Below, one piece after another: positions 9,806 to 18,888 of a DNA stretch of 64,000 bases. The translations under genes were made by a program, and so were the position numbers. A model generated the notes under the pieces. It worked only from the letters and a program-made list of their open reading frames with translations. It ran no database searches and was not told the DNA's origin. The DNA lies in IMG/VR virus record IMGVR_UViG_3300036715_004471, positions 310,001-374,000 of that record; one strand, given 5' to 3'. The stretch's first letter is position 1. Every line of letters starts with the position of its first letter.

Positions 9806-10785
9806 TATTTGCTTAACTCCAACATTCTTTCAATAGAAATCCTTGCTTGATTCATTAGTTCATCTGGCAAGAAAATTTGTGGTTGTAGATTTTTCAATGA
9901 AAGATAAACTTTTTCCAAAGTATTTTTCTTCATGAAAGGACATTCATTGCAAGCACAATTTGCTTCTGGGGGCGCAGGAATAAATGTCTTATCAGGCGCT
10001 GCCTTTTGCATCTGATGTAAAATACCAGATTCAGTGGCTACAATGAATTCTTTATTTGGATCTTTGATTGCAAAGTTTAGAATACCAGTAGTAGATCCAA
10101 TATAATCAGCCATCTTTAAAATGGATTCTTCACATTCAGGATGAGCTAATACCAAAGCTTTTGGATAACGCTCTTTAAGACCAATGAGTTTTCTTTCACT
10201 GAATGTTTCATGAACAATACAGCTGCCCTGCCAAAGGACCATATCTCTTTTTAGTTTTTTCGATAAGAATGCCCCTAAATTCTTATCGGGGGCGAAAAGA
10301 ATAGTCTTATCTTTTGAAACAGCATTAACTATTCTTTCAGCATTAGAAGAAGTGCAAATATAATCTGAAAGTGCTTTTACTTCTGCGGAACAGTTAATAT
10401 AACTAATCGTTACAAGATTAGGATCCACTTCTTCTTTTAGTTTTTCTTGTAACTTAAAGAGGTCTGAGGCTTTACAACCATCTGCTAATGAACAGCCGGC
10501 TTCTAAATCAGGAAGCACTACAATTTTACTAGGATTGAGTATTTTGGCGGTTTCAGCCATGAAATGAACCCCCGCAAAACAAATAACATCGGCTTGAGTC
10601 TTCGCCGCCTCCTGCGAAAGCTGCAAAGAATCACCAATAAAATCTGCTATGTCTTGTATTTCCGAGTCTTGATAGTAATGTGCCAAAATAACAGCATTAC
10701 GTTCTTTCTTGAGTTTTAGAATTTCTTTTTCTAAATCCAAAGAAGGATCAATGTGATCCTGATCATACATTTTTAGATGTTTCAT
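9805..10785 (-). CDS. nadA: quinolinate synthase A
   Basis: [62 protein letters not shown]. Start moved to 10785 because the track's extension lies inside a tRNA. Confidence 0.95.
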   Translation of the reverse strand: MKHLKMYDQDHIDPSLDLEKEILKLKKERNAVILAHYYQDSEIQDIADFIGDSLQLSQEAAKTQADVICFAGVHFMAETAKILNPSKIVVLPDLEAGCSLADGCKASDLFKLQEKLKEEVDPNLVTISYINCSAEVKALSDYICTSSNAERIVNAVSKDKTILFAPDKNLGAFLSKKLKRDMVLWQGSCIVHETFSERKLIGLKERYPKALVLAHPECEESILKMADYIGSTTGILNFAIKDPNKEFIVATESGILHQMQKAAPDKTFIPAPPEANCACNECPFMKKNTLEKVYLSLKNLQPQIFLPDELMNQARISIERMLELSK

Positions 10786-10811
10786 TTCAAACTTTCCATT
10801 CTTATTTTTAG

Positions 10812-10884
10812 CTCCCCTGGAGGGATTCGAACCCACGCAAAACCGTTTTAGAGGCGGCTGCTCTAACCACTGAGCTACAGGGGA
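10812..10884 (-). tRNA. amber suppressor tRNA (anticodon CUA)
   Basis: TCCCCTG TA GCTC AGTGGTTA GAGC A GCCGC CTCTAAA ACGGT TTTGC GTGGG TTCGAAT CCCTC CAGGGGA G. U33 precedes CTA (10849-10851); U1-A72, G73; followed by CTA, not CCA. Confidence 0.85.
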
Positions 10885-10902
10885 ATTCCAGATAACTTTA
10901 TA

Positions 10903-11247
10903 TCATGATCCTCTCAAAGCTAGAGGAAGTCTACTACAAAGTCTCCTAGTGTCGGAGCCCGGAGCGAGGGCAATTGCAGTAATTTGATTATCAACATCCG
11001 GCTCTCTAAAGATGGAATGTTTGATATTTTTTTTACCCGCCTCTTCAATTAAAGAATTCAATTCTCGCTCATTTTGAACCGAAAGAAAACCCAAATAATT
11101 GGAATTTTCAAACCATTCTTTGTTAATATCAGGGTGCTCAAAGGCGAATTGCACAGCAGCATGAATGCTCTGTACGCCCTGATAACCTGGACTCATATCT
11201 GCACGAGTAACAATGTACAACTTATCACCTGATTTAATCTACGACAT
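10903..11247 (-). CDS. Pth2-like peptidyl-tRNA hydrolase with in-frame TAG at codon 3
   Basis: KLYIVTRADMSPGYQGVQSIHA...FREPDVDNQITAIAL..LPL is PTH2-like. SD AAGGAG (11255-11260), 7 nt spacer, then ATG TCG TAG ATT AAA TCA GGT GAT AAG TTG TAC in frame with the tracked ORF. Confidence 0.8.
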
Positions 11248-11827
11248 GATCAATCTCCTTAAATAATTTCTGGCAAATTTGTTCGCCCTTCTTGTTAATT
11301 TGCTTCAACTTAATCTTAAAAGATGTGGAATCAATACCACCAAACATTTCAGCATTAGCATGAATCTCAGCCAAACCAACAATTAGCAATGTAATTGCTT
11401 CTTTATGTTTGATAAATTCATCAATCTCATTAGACTTCATGGTATGAATCATCATATCCATTCCAATAAGATTAGCTACAGTTGGTGAGCCGCCCAAAGA
11501 TAACCAAGTTTGGCGAGACTTTTCTGCATGATTTGGAAAATGTCTTTTTCCATTTTCATCAACAATCATACAATAAGGCTTACCGCAATCATGGAAGATC
11601 GTATATTCTTCGATAATATCTTTAGGCAAAAGATTTTTGAGAAGATTGTGTCTGAATTCCAGACACCAATTAGGAAGCTTAAATCCATCAGGCGATGATT
11701 TGCCTTCCAAAATATCAATCAATTTGAATGTGTAATTTTTAACAGCAATGCCGTGCTCATAAACTGATTGAGTATCAGTCTGAGAACAGTTTTGCATATC
11801 ATGAATTAAGCTATCTTTCTACCACAT
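11234..11827 (-). CDS. HD-domain protein with in-frame TAG at codon 3
   Basis: SVYEHG...FHDCGKP...HFPNHAEKS resembles the HD domain of CCA-adding/poly(A) polymerase and Pnkp-associated proteins. SD GAAGGA, 7 nt spacer, then ATG TGG TAG AAA GAT AGC TTA ATT CAT GAT ATG CAA in frame with the tracked ORF. Confidence 0.78.
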
Positions 11828-11854
11828 AATCATATCCTTCTTTCATATATCAGA

Positions 11855-12439
11855 TTATTGAAATGTCATTAAAACAGATAATCTGTTATTAAGATGATCT
11901 AAATCTTTGAATTTGGAAATGTCCAAATCAAAAGAGTTGACGCGTTTGTAGTCTACATTTACAATAGTATGCTGTCCACGATATCTAACTATATCAACTA
12001 GTTTGCCGTGAGCTTTAGTATACTTCAACTCTTCTTGCTCTAATTTGACTGATGGGAAGATGCCGGTCTTATATGTAGATTTGTTGATTGTAAATTCAAA
12101 AGCCCCAGCAACACCCTCGACATGTTCATGTGCGGTTTGAATTTTGAATTTACAAGTTCTGCAAGATTTATCTAAACCTATTGGTCGATTTGACATCGCC
12201 CTAATAAGCTGCTCTCCTACAATCAATTTATTGTCTTCGGTGGTAATAACTAAAGGATGTTCTTTGTTAGTGGAAATAATGGATCCTTCATCAAAAGCCA
12301 TTTTGATATGAATCCGATCATTACCCCAATCCCCTTTACCTGATCTGATACCACGAACTACAAGGATCATGTTTTTTCCACAAACTAAACAATTAGGAAT
12401 ATACTCGATGAATTCCTTAATAGAATTGAATATTTTCAT
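11855..12439 (-). CDS. Zn-finger hypothetical protein, paralog of 54393-54968
   Basis: MKIFNSIKEF..CLVCG..CRTC; ends RLSVLMTFQ. Confidence 0.65.
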   Translation of the reverse strand: MKIFNSIKEFIEYIPNCLVCGKNMILVVRGIRSGKGDWGNDRIHIKMAFDEGSIISTNKEHPLVITTEDNKLIVGEQLIRAMSNRPIGLDKSCRTCKFKIQTAHEHVEGVAGAFEFTINKSTYKTGIFPSVKLEQEELKYTKAHGKLVDIVRYRGQHTIVNVDYKRVNSFDLDISKFKDLDHLNNRLSVLMTFQ

Positions 12440-12489
12440 ATTATGCATCCGAACTTACTAATTATCATCTATATTGCTAGGAGGTAATC

Positions 12490-13227
12490 ATGACGGCTCA
12501 ACTAGTACCAACAGTAAAAACATCTTACTCTCCAGAGGAGTTAATCAAAAGCTTCATTGAAGGCTGGAAAAAACAATTTGGCACCATGCCAAATAAAAAA
12601 TCAATAGCCATATTGTGGGCTCAAAACAGAATTGAAACTGGAGCGACCTCGGCTATGTGGAATAATAATATAGGGAATGTTAAGTACGTTCCTAGTAATA
12701 ACCCAGAGAGTGATAATAATATTCAATACATGATGTTATCTAATGTCTGGGAAATCATCAACGGAAAAAAGGTTGTTTTCCAACCACCTCACAAAGCAAC
12801 TTGGTTTAGAGCATTTCCAACTTTAACAGACGGAGTTGCTTTTCATTTAGATTTCTTGAAAAATCATAGATACAAAAAAGCTTGGGCAGCCATCGAAGCT
12901 GGTAGTCCTTCCAACTTTGCGCATCTCTTAAAAGAAGCTGGTTATTACACTGCTCCAGAAGAAGATTATTCTAAAGCTATAGCTCTATTTTTTATGAGAT
13001 TTATAAGAGATGATACTTATGAAAAAGTATTAGCCTCTTTGGTAGCACCAAAACCAACTACTATTGTAAATCATGTTGAAACTATAACGGTAGAAACACC
13101 AATAGCACCACTGCCAGTGGAGCAACCAACGAGTGTTACTCCTATTCCGACAGCAGTGCCTCCACCAAATAAATCATTGTGGCAAACTATTATTCAATTT
13201 ATTTTGGGATTATTTAAAAGAAAATAA
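12490..13227 (+). CDS. putative endolysin (glucosaminidase/FlgJ-like lysozyme fold)
   Basis: AQ..IETG, NNNIGNVK, FRAF, LKEAGYYTA; Pro/Thr linker; C-terminal amphipathic helix SLWQTIIQFILGLFKRK; GGAGG RBS. Confidence 0.7.
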   Translation: MTAQLVPTVKTSYSPEELIKSFIEGWKKQFGTMPNKKSIAILWAQNRIETGATSAMWNNNIGNVKYVPSNNPESDNNIQYMMLSNVWEIINGKKVVFQPPHKATWFRAFPTLTDGVAFHLDFLKNHRYKKAWAAIEAGSPSNFAHLLKEAGYYTAPEEDYSKAIALFFMRFIRDDTYEKVLASLVAPKPTTIVNHVETITVETPIAPLPVEQPTSVTPIPTAVPPPNKSLWQTIIQFILGLFKRK

Positions 13228-13603
13228 TCAATCCTGAATGATTGTTAATGAAATCATCAAGAGATGAATAGCTTTCAATTATTCTATAATAAAGAGGTCC
13301 CAAAACTCCATTTGGGACCTTATTTCTTGGATTATGATAATATCTTCTTACGGAAAAAGAATTAAAAGATGGTTTGAATATTATTTTGAACCAGAAAAAA
13401 TCTTTTACGGTTTTAGCAAAAATAACTTCACATTGTTCTTTTGTTTTATTAGCATGCCCACAGGCAGCCTCAATACAATCATCAGAACAACTGAATGTAA
13501 CATCGTTAATTGACATATTACCAAAACGCTTTATTACTGAAGTATCTATTAACGATTTTATCAACTTTGAACATCGTATCGATTGATACAATTCCTTCAT
13601 CAA
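13214..13603 (-). CDS. hypothetical protein with C-terminal F-x motif
   Basis: Ends HSGLIIFF. Confidence 0.55.
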   Translation of the reverse strand: MMKELYQSIRCSKLIKSLIDTSVIKRFGNMSINDVTFSCSDDCIEAACGHANKTKEQCEVIFAKTVKDFFWFKIIFKPSFNSFSVRRYYHNPRNKVPNGVLGPLYYRIIESYSSLDDFINNHSGLIIFF

Positions 13604-13814
13604 AATTTTTCCACTCTACATGATACTTATTATTTGTTAATCGAATTAACCTTAGTGACCAGATTGATGAGGTTGTAGAGTTTCTTTTATAATGCAGTGC
13701 TCCATAATAAGACTTATCTGGAGCAGAACTTTTTTCTATTACAAAGTCTCTATTATCAACTGATAAATTCATCTTACCAGTAGAAAAAATTTCTATCGCT
13801 ACTTTAAGATCCAT
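13518..13814 (-). CDS. hypothetical protein with C-terminal F-x motif
   Basis: Likely start MDLKVAIE (track extension overlaps the tmRNA); ends RYFSNKAFW. Confidence 0.6.
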   Translation of the reverse strand: MDLKVAIEIFSTGKMNLSVDNRDFVIEKSSAPDKSYYGALHYKRNSTTSSIWSLRLIRLTNNKYHVEWKNFDEGIVSIDTMFKVDKIVNRYFSNKAFW

Positions 13815-13843
13815 TTTATACTGCTTTGCAAAATTATATACTT

Positions 13844-14197
13844 TGGTGGACCTGCGTGGTACCGCCCCACGGTCTTCCATAATCCAGATTAAAAATCGTT
13901 CACAAGTTTAGCCAATTTCAATGTAATTGACAACATCTTATTGAATTCGCTCAATAAAACTATCCCTGTTGATTTCACATTAACATCCGAGAACAAAGTT
14001 AACATTATCTTTTGTGGGTTGATATTCTCTTGACTACCAAAGATATCTTATCTAGAGAACATCCTTAAGCAGCTAGTGCTAGAGGAGCAGATGCATTATC
14101 GTTTGCAACTATACGTTAATCGTTAATTTAAGCCAATGACGATCATTTGGCACTTGCTTTTCAATGTTTCATACAGAATCGAATCTATTTCAAGCCC
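13844..14197 (-). ncRNA. ssrA: tmRNA
   Basis: 5' GGGCTTGAAATAGATTCGA pairs with 3' CAGGTCC-A-CCA (G3:U70 Ala identity). Resume context TAGTT-GCA; tag ORF ANDNASAPLALAA*; about 354 nt. Confidence 0.93.
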
Positions 14198-14205
14198 ATA
14201 TTTTA

Positions 14206-14721
14206 TTATCTTTTAGCGAATTCGTTTACTCTGTTTTTTACTTCTGATACATGCTCTGCATCATCAGAATGTTGATCTCTAGATAACCAAGCGATGTTCT
14301 TTTTTATTGCATGTATCCCGAACATATCTTGTCCCAGTAATTTTAAATATGTATCTAGCAATTCACCCAATTCTTCTTCAGAAGCAGCAGTATTTTGATA
14401 TCCTTTATCACCTATTTCTTCAACTTTAAAAGCTAATTTAGTACCGACATGAACTATTTTCTGTCCTATTTCTTCTAGTGCAAGAATGTATTTTTTCAAT
14501 CCCATAGCCGAATCATACGGACCCCTAGTAGTGTATAAGATCAATTCTTTTAGTTTTTTGTAATCAATTGGTGGTTTTGTTTCTTTTTTTACTTCTTTTT
14601 TAGGCTCTTCGTAAACTTTACGCCCAGGAGGAGCTAAAGGTAATTTACCAAACATACCGGGTTTAATTTCTGCACCAATTTTGGCTTCAAAAATAGCTGC
14701 AAGTTTTTGAACATCACTCAT
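14206..14721 (-). CDS. hypothetical protein
   Basis: 171 aa; N-terminus VQKLAAIFEAKI. Confidence 0.6.
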   Translation of the reverse strand: MSDVQKLAAIFEAKIGAEIKPGMFGKLPLAPPGRKVYEEPKKEVKKETKPPIDYKKLKELILYTTRGPYDSAMGLKKYILALEEIGQKIVHVGTKLAFKVEEIGDKGYQNTAASEEELGELLDTYLKLLGQDMFGIHAIKKNIAWLSRDQHSDDAEHVSEVKNRVNEFAKR

Positions 14722-14750
14722 AATATAATATGTAATTACTTTAGTATAAT

Positions 14751-14824
14751 TGGAGCTGAAAGTCGGTACTGCCCCGACATCTTCTCGTTACGAGGGAGAT
14801 ATTCTACTATTGAACTACATCAGC
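14751..14824 (-). tRNA. tRNA-Thr(CGU)
   Basis: GCTGATG..TCTCC-CTCGTAA-CGAGA..GTCGG GGCAGTA CCGAC..TCAGC T CCA; non-canonical T-loop. Confidence 0.8.
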
Positions 14825-15463
14825 TTTTATATCATTCATTATTTCTTTTTCTAATTTGTATCTTTTTGCTCTTTCAAATCTACCATTACCTTTATTACGA
14901 CCCTTAAAAGTTGGAGATATTGAGTCGCAATTATTACATATAACTCTCAGATTAGATAACTTATTATTGTATGAATTACCATCGATATGATCTAATACTA
15001 ACGGAATCGTAACGCCTAACCATTCTGATAAATTACAAGATTGGCATTTATTTTCACATAATTCAATAAGGTATTTTTTGCCTATAAGATTATTTGAAGA
15101 GTTATCAACTCCAGTTAATAACAATTCTTTTTTAGTTTCTGACCACCAAAAATTAGTCATGCATTGTTTAGAACAGTATTTATGCTGTCCTTTTTCAATG
15201 AGCTTCATAGTGCACCACAAACAATTATCTAATACTATATGCGAAGTGCCACCTCTTACAAAATTATTATAAGTCGCTCCACAACTTTGACTACAAAAAT
15301 CATTTGCTCTTTTATCATATGTAATGATTTTTTGACAATGTTTACATTGTTTAGCATTTTGATTGTATTTATCAATTCTAGAATTTTTGCGAATACTTGC
15401 TGTTTTGGCAGCAGCTAATCCACCTAATTTACCAGCATCACTATAACTAGATTTATCTCTCAT
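14807..15463 (-). CDS. HNH homing endonuclease inside the tRNA-Thr cluster
   Basis: FCSQSC/YCSKQC Zn repeats, LVLDHIDGNSYNNKLSNLRVICNNCD; the stop lies inside tRNA-Thr(CGU). Confidence 0.85.
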   Translation of the reverse strand: MRDKSSYSDAGKLGGLAAAKTASIRKNSRIDKYNQNAKQCKHCQKIITYDKRANDFCSQSCGATYNNFVRGGTSHIVLDNCLWCTMKLIEKGQHKYCSKQCMTNFWWSETKKELLLTGVDNSSNNLIGKKYLIELCENKCQSCNLSEWLGVTIPLVLDHIDGNSYNNKLSNLRVICNNCDSISPTFKGRNKGNGRFERAKRYKLEKEIMNDIKADVVQ

Positions 15464-15501
15464 ACAAAGTATATATCAGCTATTTTTATGATTTGGTATT
15501 A

Positions 15502-15577
15502 TGGAGCTAATTGTGGGAGTCGAACCCACCATCTATTTCGTACCAAGAAATTGTATTCCCACGCCTACTCAATTAGC
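15502..15577 (-). tRNA. tRNA-Thr(GGU)
   Basis: GCTAATT/AATTAGC acceptor, ATTTC-TTGGTAC-GAAAT, TTCGACT, CCA; atypical D-arm. Confidence 0.8.
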
Positions 15578-15580
15578 TTA

Positions 15581-15655
15581 TGGAGCCCCATGCCAGGTAT
15601 TGCACCGGCGTCATCTCGTTACAAGTGAGATATTCTGCTTTTGAACTAAAGGGGC
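15581..15655 (-). tRNA. tRNA-Thr(UGU)
   Basis: GCCCC..TCTCA-CTTGTAA-CGAGA..TGCAATA T-loop..GGGGC T CCA. Confidence 0.78.
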
Positions 15656-15668
15656 TTAATTATACTCA

Positions 15669-15696
15669 ATTATATCACATTATGCACAAATGTCAA
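15669..15696 (-). promoter_or_regulatory. sigma70-type promoter for the tRNA-Thr cluster
   Basis: TTGACA-16 nt-TATAAT with extended -10 TG, about 13 nt upstream of tRNA-Thr(UGU). Confidence 0.75.
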
Positions 15697-15702
15697 GGGG
15701 TG

Positions 15703-15852
15703 TTATTTTTTATTTTTGGTCAAATGCCAACCAGAACAATCTTCGCAAAAATATACCGAAAGTGGAATGTCTTGCGAAAGTGCCGCCTTTTGAGCATCTT
15801 TTTCAGTTGAATATCTATTTTTATTTGGAGAGGAATAACATATTTTTTTCAT
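15703..15852 (-). CDS. small Zn-ribbon protein (49 aa, absent from ORF track)
   Basis: MKKICYSSPNKNRYSTEKDAQKAALSQDIPLSVYFCEDCSGWHLTKNKK; common phage Y-x-C-x2-C-x-GWHLT type. Confidence 0.7.
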   Translation of the reverse strand: MKKICYSSPNKNRYSTEKDAQKAALSQDIPLSVYFCEDCSGWHLTKNKK

Positions 15853-15887
15853 AACAACAATTATATCACAATTTTGATATCTCCTAT

Positions 15888-16417
15888 ATGATACATATTA
15901 TTGATTTGCCGGTTATTCGACAACAAAAGAATTATACTTGCGGAACAGCTGTTGTTAAATCCATACTAGAACACTTTGGAACATCCATAAATGAAGAAAA
16001 ATTAGCCAATCTTCTACACAGTAATAAAAAAGTGGCACTAAGCATCAAAATATTGTGAATTTCATTAACAAATTTTGCTATTGTCATCAATTAACTAACT
16101 TATCATTAGCTTCACTTAAGAAAAATATAGATCATCAACACCCTGTGATTGTTTTATTGCAAGCCTGGGGAGATCAGTCATCTTATGAAGAAGAATGGGA
16201 AGATGGACATTATGCGATAGCTATAGGTTATGATCATCGAAATATTTATTTTATGGATCCATCATCCAACAAATATGCCTTTATTGGTCAGAAAGAGTTC
16301 GAAACTCGTTGGCACGATAAAGACAGCAAGCATAAATTAAAGAATTTTGGAATCATATTAACACATGATTTTCCAATTAAAACTATTAATGAAGACAAAA
16401 CTATCAAAATGGGATAA
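15888..16417 (+). pseudogene. peptidase C39-like protein split by a 1-nt frameshift
   Basis: ATG 15888 gives LPVIRQQKNYTCGTAVVKSILEHFG (catalytic Cys). The -1 frame after the A6 run at 16026-16031 continues GTKHQNIV...GHYAIAIGYD..FMDPS (His, Asp). Confidence 0.75.
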
Positions 16418-16420
16418 ACA

Positions 16421-17200
16421 TTAGAAACTATCCCTTCTAAAGATATCAGCTCCATTCTTAAAAATGTTGGATAAGAATGATTGGTCTTTCGTAAAGATGG
16501 GAAGGTCACTATTAATTGACCATTTATTCTTCATTACATCTCCAACGACTTTGGGGACCTTGTAAGCTGCGACCCCACGTCGGAAGGCGATGGGATATTC
16601 GTGAAAGTCTATATTACATTCTTGTTGTAATAAATCAACTTTTTCATCAATACTTAAACCACCCAGCATATCTTTAATAGTATTTCTATTGTGAGTTTTA
16701 AGCAATTCATAGAAACATGCCGATTGAATTGATAAATGAAAATTTTGCTGTTGCTTATACACGAATGTATTGATTGCTTCTGCTATGGTTGGAACGGGAA
16801 ATACTTGCGAAGTAAATAAACCATCACCCATTAAATTCAAACCAGAAGATACATTATTGAAATGCAATGTAGCAATAGATGAAGTTATAGAGCAAATTTT
16901 CTGTAACTTGTTATCATACCATGGAGAAGTATCTATTCCTTGATCATTCCTTGAAATGATTACAATTTCATCATTGAATTGAAATCCAAATAATGATCCT
17001 TCAATTTCTGAACATAATTTCAACATGGTTGAAACCATACTCTCAGAGAACTTTTCACAGTAAGGTTTGTCTAATAGAGATGTCAATTTAGAAAAAGCTC
17101 GTCCATTGATTACAATAACAATAGGCACACGACTTAAAATACGAAAATCGGTTGAATCCATGTATGACTCAACCCTATCTTTGAGCTTAGATGATGACAT
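16421..17200 (-). CDS. tRNA(His) guanylyltransferase Thg1-like protein
   Basis: LKDRVESY, VINGRAFSKLT, FQFNDEI, WYDNKLQKICS, FRRG. Confidence 0.85.
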   Translation of the reverse strand: MSSSKLKDRVESYMDSTDFRILSRVPIVIVINGRAFSKLTSLLDKPYCEKFSESMVSTMLKLCSEIEGSLFGFQFNDEIVIISRNDQGIDTSPWYDNKLQKICSITSSIATLHFNNVSSGLNLMGDGLFTSQVFPVPTIAEAINTFVYKQQQNFHLSIQSACFYELLKTHNRNTIKDMLGGLSIDEKVDLLQQECNIDFHEYPIAFRRGVAAYKVPKVVGDVMKNKWSINSDLPIFTKDQSFLSNIFKNGADIFRRDSF

Positions 17201-17219
17201 ACATTTCAATATACCTTAG

Positions 17220-17753
17220 TCATTTAATTTGCGATAAATAATTGTTAATCAATGTTTTGGTGTTTCCGCCAATTTTAGTATTTAATTGGCTGGTAACTCC
17301 CGTTGCGTTCATGTTATTTAGATATTGACTAAATTTCAATGGATTGAGCCTGCCACTTATTTCTTGTGCAGTTAAAGCTCTTTTGTCTAATTGACCATTG
17401 TTTGTATAAACTTGCAAATACAGTTGCTTTGCAAAGCCCATAAGATTACGTAAATCCTCAGATGGAGTATTTGATATGTCAAAATTGAAATTGGCATTCT
17501 TCATCCAGTCCATCTCTATCTTACCATTACTTGAATAGTATAGCGCATTATTCAAAATGTTTGTTAGTCCGTTTATAAGAGGCGCATTTCTACTTGAGAA
17601 AGCCAGGATGATAGGATAATAGTTAGTGGCTATAAACGCCTTGGGCGAGCCACTAACTGTCGTTTTAGTCGTGTCTGTTATCCCTTCCGCGTTGGATGGG
17701 ATAGCTGCCCGAGCTATCTTCTTAAAGATTTTCATTCGTAAAATTCTATTCAC
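17220..17753 (-). CDS. hypothetical protein
   Basis: 177 aa; N-terminus RMKIFKKIARAA. Confidence 0.6.
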   Translation of the reverse strand: MNRILRMKIFKKIARAAIPSNAEGITDTTKTTVSGSPKAFIATNYYPIILAFSSRNAPLINGLTNILNNALYYSSNGKIEMDWMKNANFNFDISNTPSEDLRNLMGFAKQLYLQVYTNNGQLDKRALTAQEISGRLNPLKFSQYLNNMNATGVTSQLNTKIGGNTKTLINNYLSQIK

Positions 17754-17782
17754 AGTAATTTACAATAAAATTGACAGATTAC

Positions 17783-18888
17783 TTATTGTAACTCCTTTAT
17801 ATAATCTTCTAAAGAAGATAAAATATATTTTTGTTCTTCGTAAGTCAATTCAGGATAACTGGGCAAAATAAAACATTCGTTATTAATTAGTTCCGAATTT
17901 ATATTTTTATTCCACAAGACATTTGTATTTTTAATCAAATGATCATGATAGTATATGGGATAAAACATTTGTCTTATTTCAATATTACGATTTTTAAAAA
18001 AAGTTTCTGTTACGGAATAATTAGAATTTTTTACTCTAACTCCAAACATCCAATTAGAATGATCTGTATTATCACTAATAAATTGAGATAAAAGGCTTTC
18101 ATGATTTTTAACAAAATCACGATATGTTTGAAATATTTCTTGTTTTCTATTCATAATTTCTGGTAAAATTTCTATTTGACCCAATAAAATTGCAGCCTGT
18201 ATATTAGTAATACGATAGTTATACCCCAATTCATTATGAATGAATTTTTTTGTAGATTGCCCCTGTGCATGAATGCATTTGCTATACAAATATAAATCCT
18301 CATCATTAGTAATGAAAGCTCCACCTTCACCACTAGTAATATTTTTGTTACCAAAAAAAGATACAGCAGATGCAATGCTAGCCGTACCAGTTTGTATTCC
18401 ATTATATTTGCCTAAAAATCCTTCACAATTATCTTCAACAAAAATAGTGTTAGGATATTTTTGTTGAAGTTCTGGGACATTTATTACATTGCCTATATTA
18501 TGTACCACTAAAACAGCGGCGTCAGGATGTAAGTTAATCATCTTATCTAACTCTAATAGATCAAAATTCCAAGTATCAATATCAGTACCAATACTTAATA
18601 ATTTATAATTAGAATCAAAAAGGAAAGCGTTCCAGGCAGCAACATAAACATTATCAGGCACTATAATTTCATTTTTATGAAATTTATTTGTTAAAGACTT
18701 AGATAATAAATGACAAGCGCTGGTACCATTATTAACTGGTAAGACATACTTTACATTTAAAAGTTCTTGTAACTTGTCTGTTACTATTTGAATATATTTG
18801 CCCTGTGAAGATAACCACGTAGAATCTAAAGCATCATGAGCATACTTTAAAGAATTTTTCGGTAAAAATGGTTTATATATTGGAATCA
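17783..18888 (-). CDS. DegT/DnrJ/EryC1 (perosamine synthase-like) aminotransferase
   Basis: MIPIYKP, NNGTSACHL, EDNCE, SFFGNKNITSGEGG (PLP Lys), GYNYRITNIQAA. Confidence 0.9.

Noticed and set aside
10812-10884. Reading the suppressor tRNA as Arg(UCU) or tRNA-Pyl
   Set aside because: The TCT register puts C at 33 and is off-centre in the loop. The 2-nt acceptor-D linker, GG-containing D-loop and TTC T-loop are unlike tRNA-Pyl.
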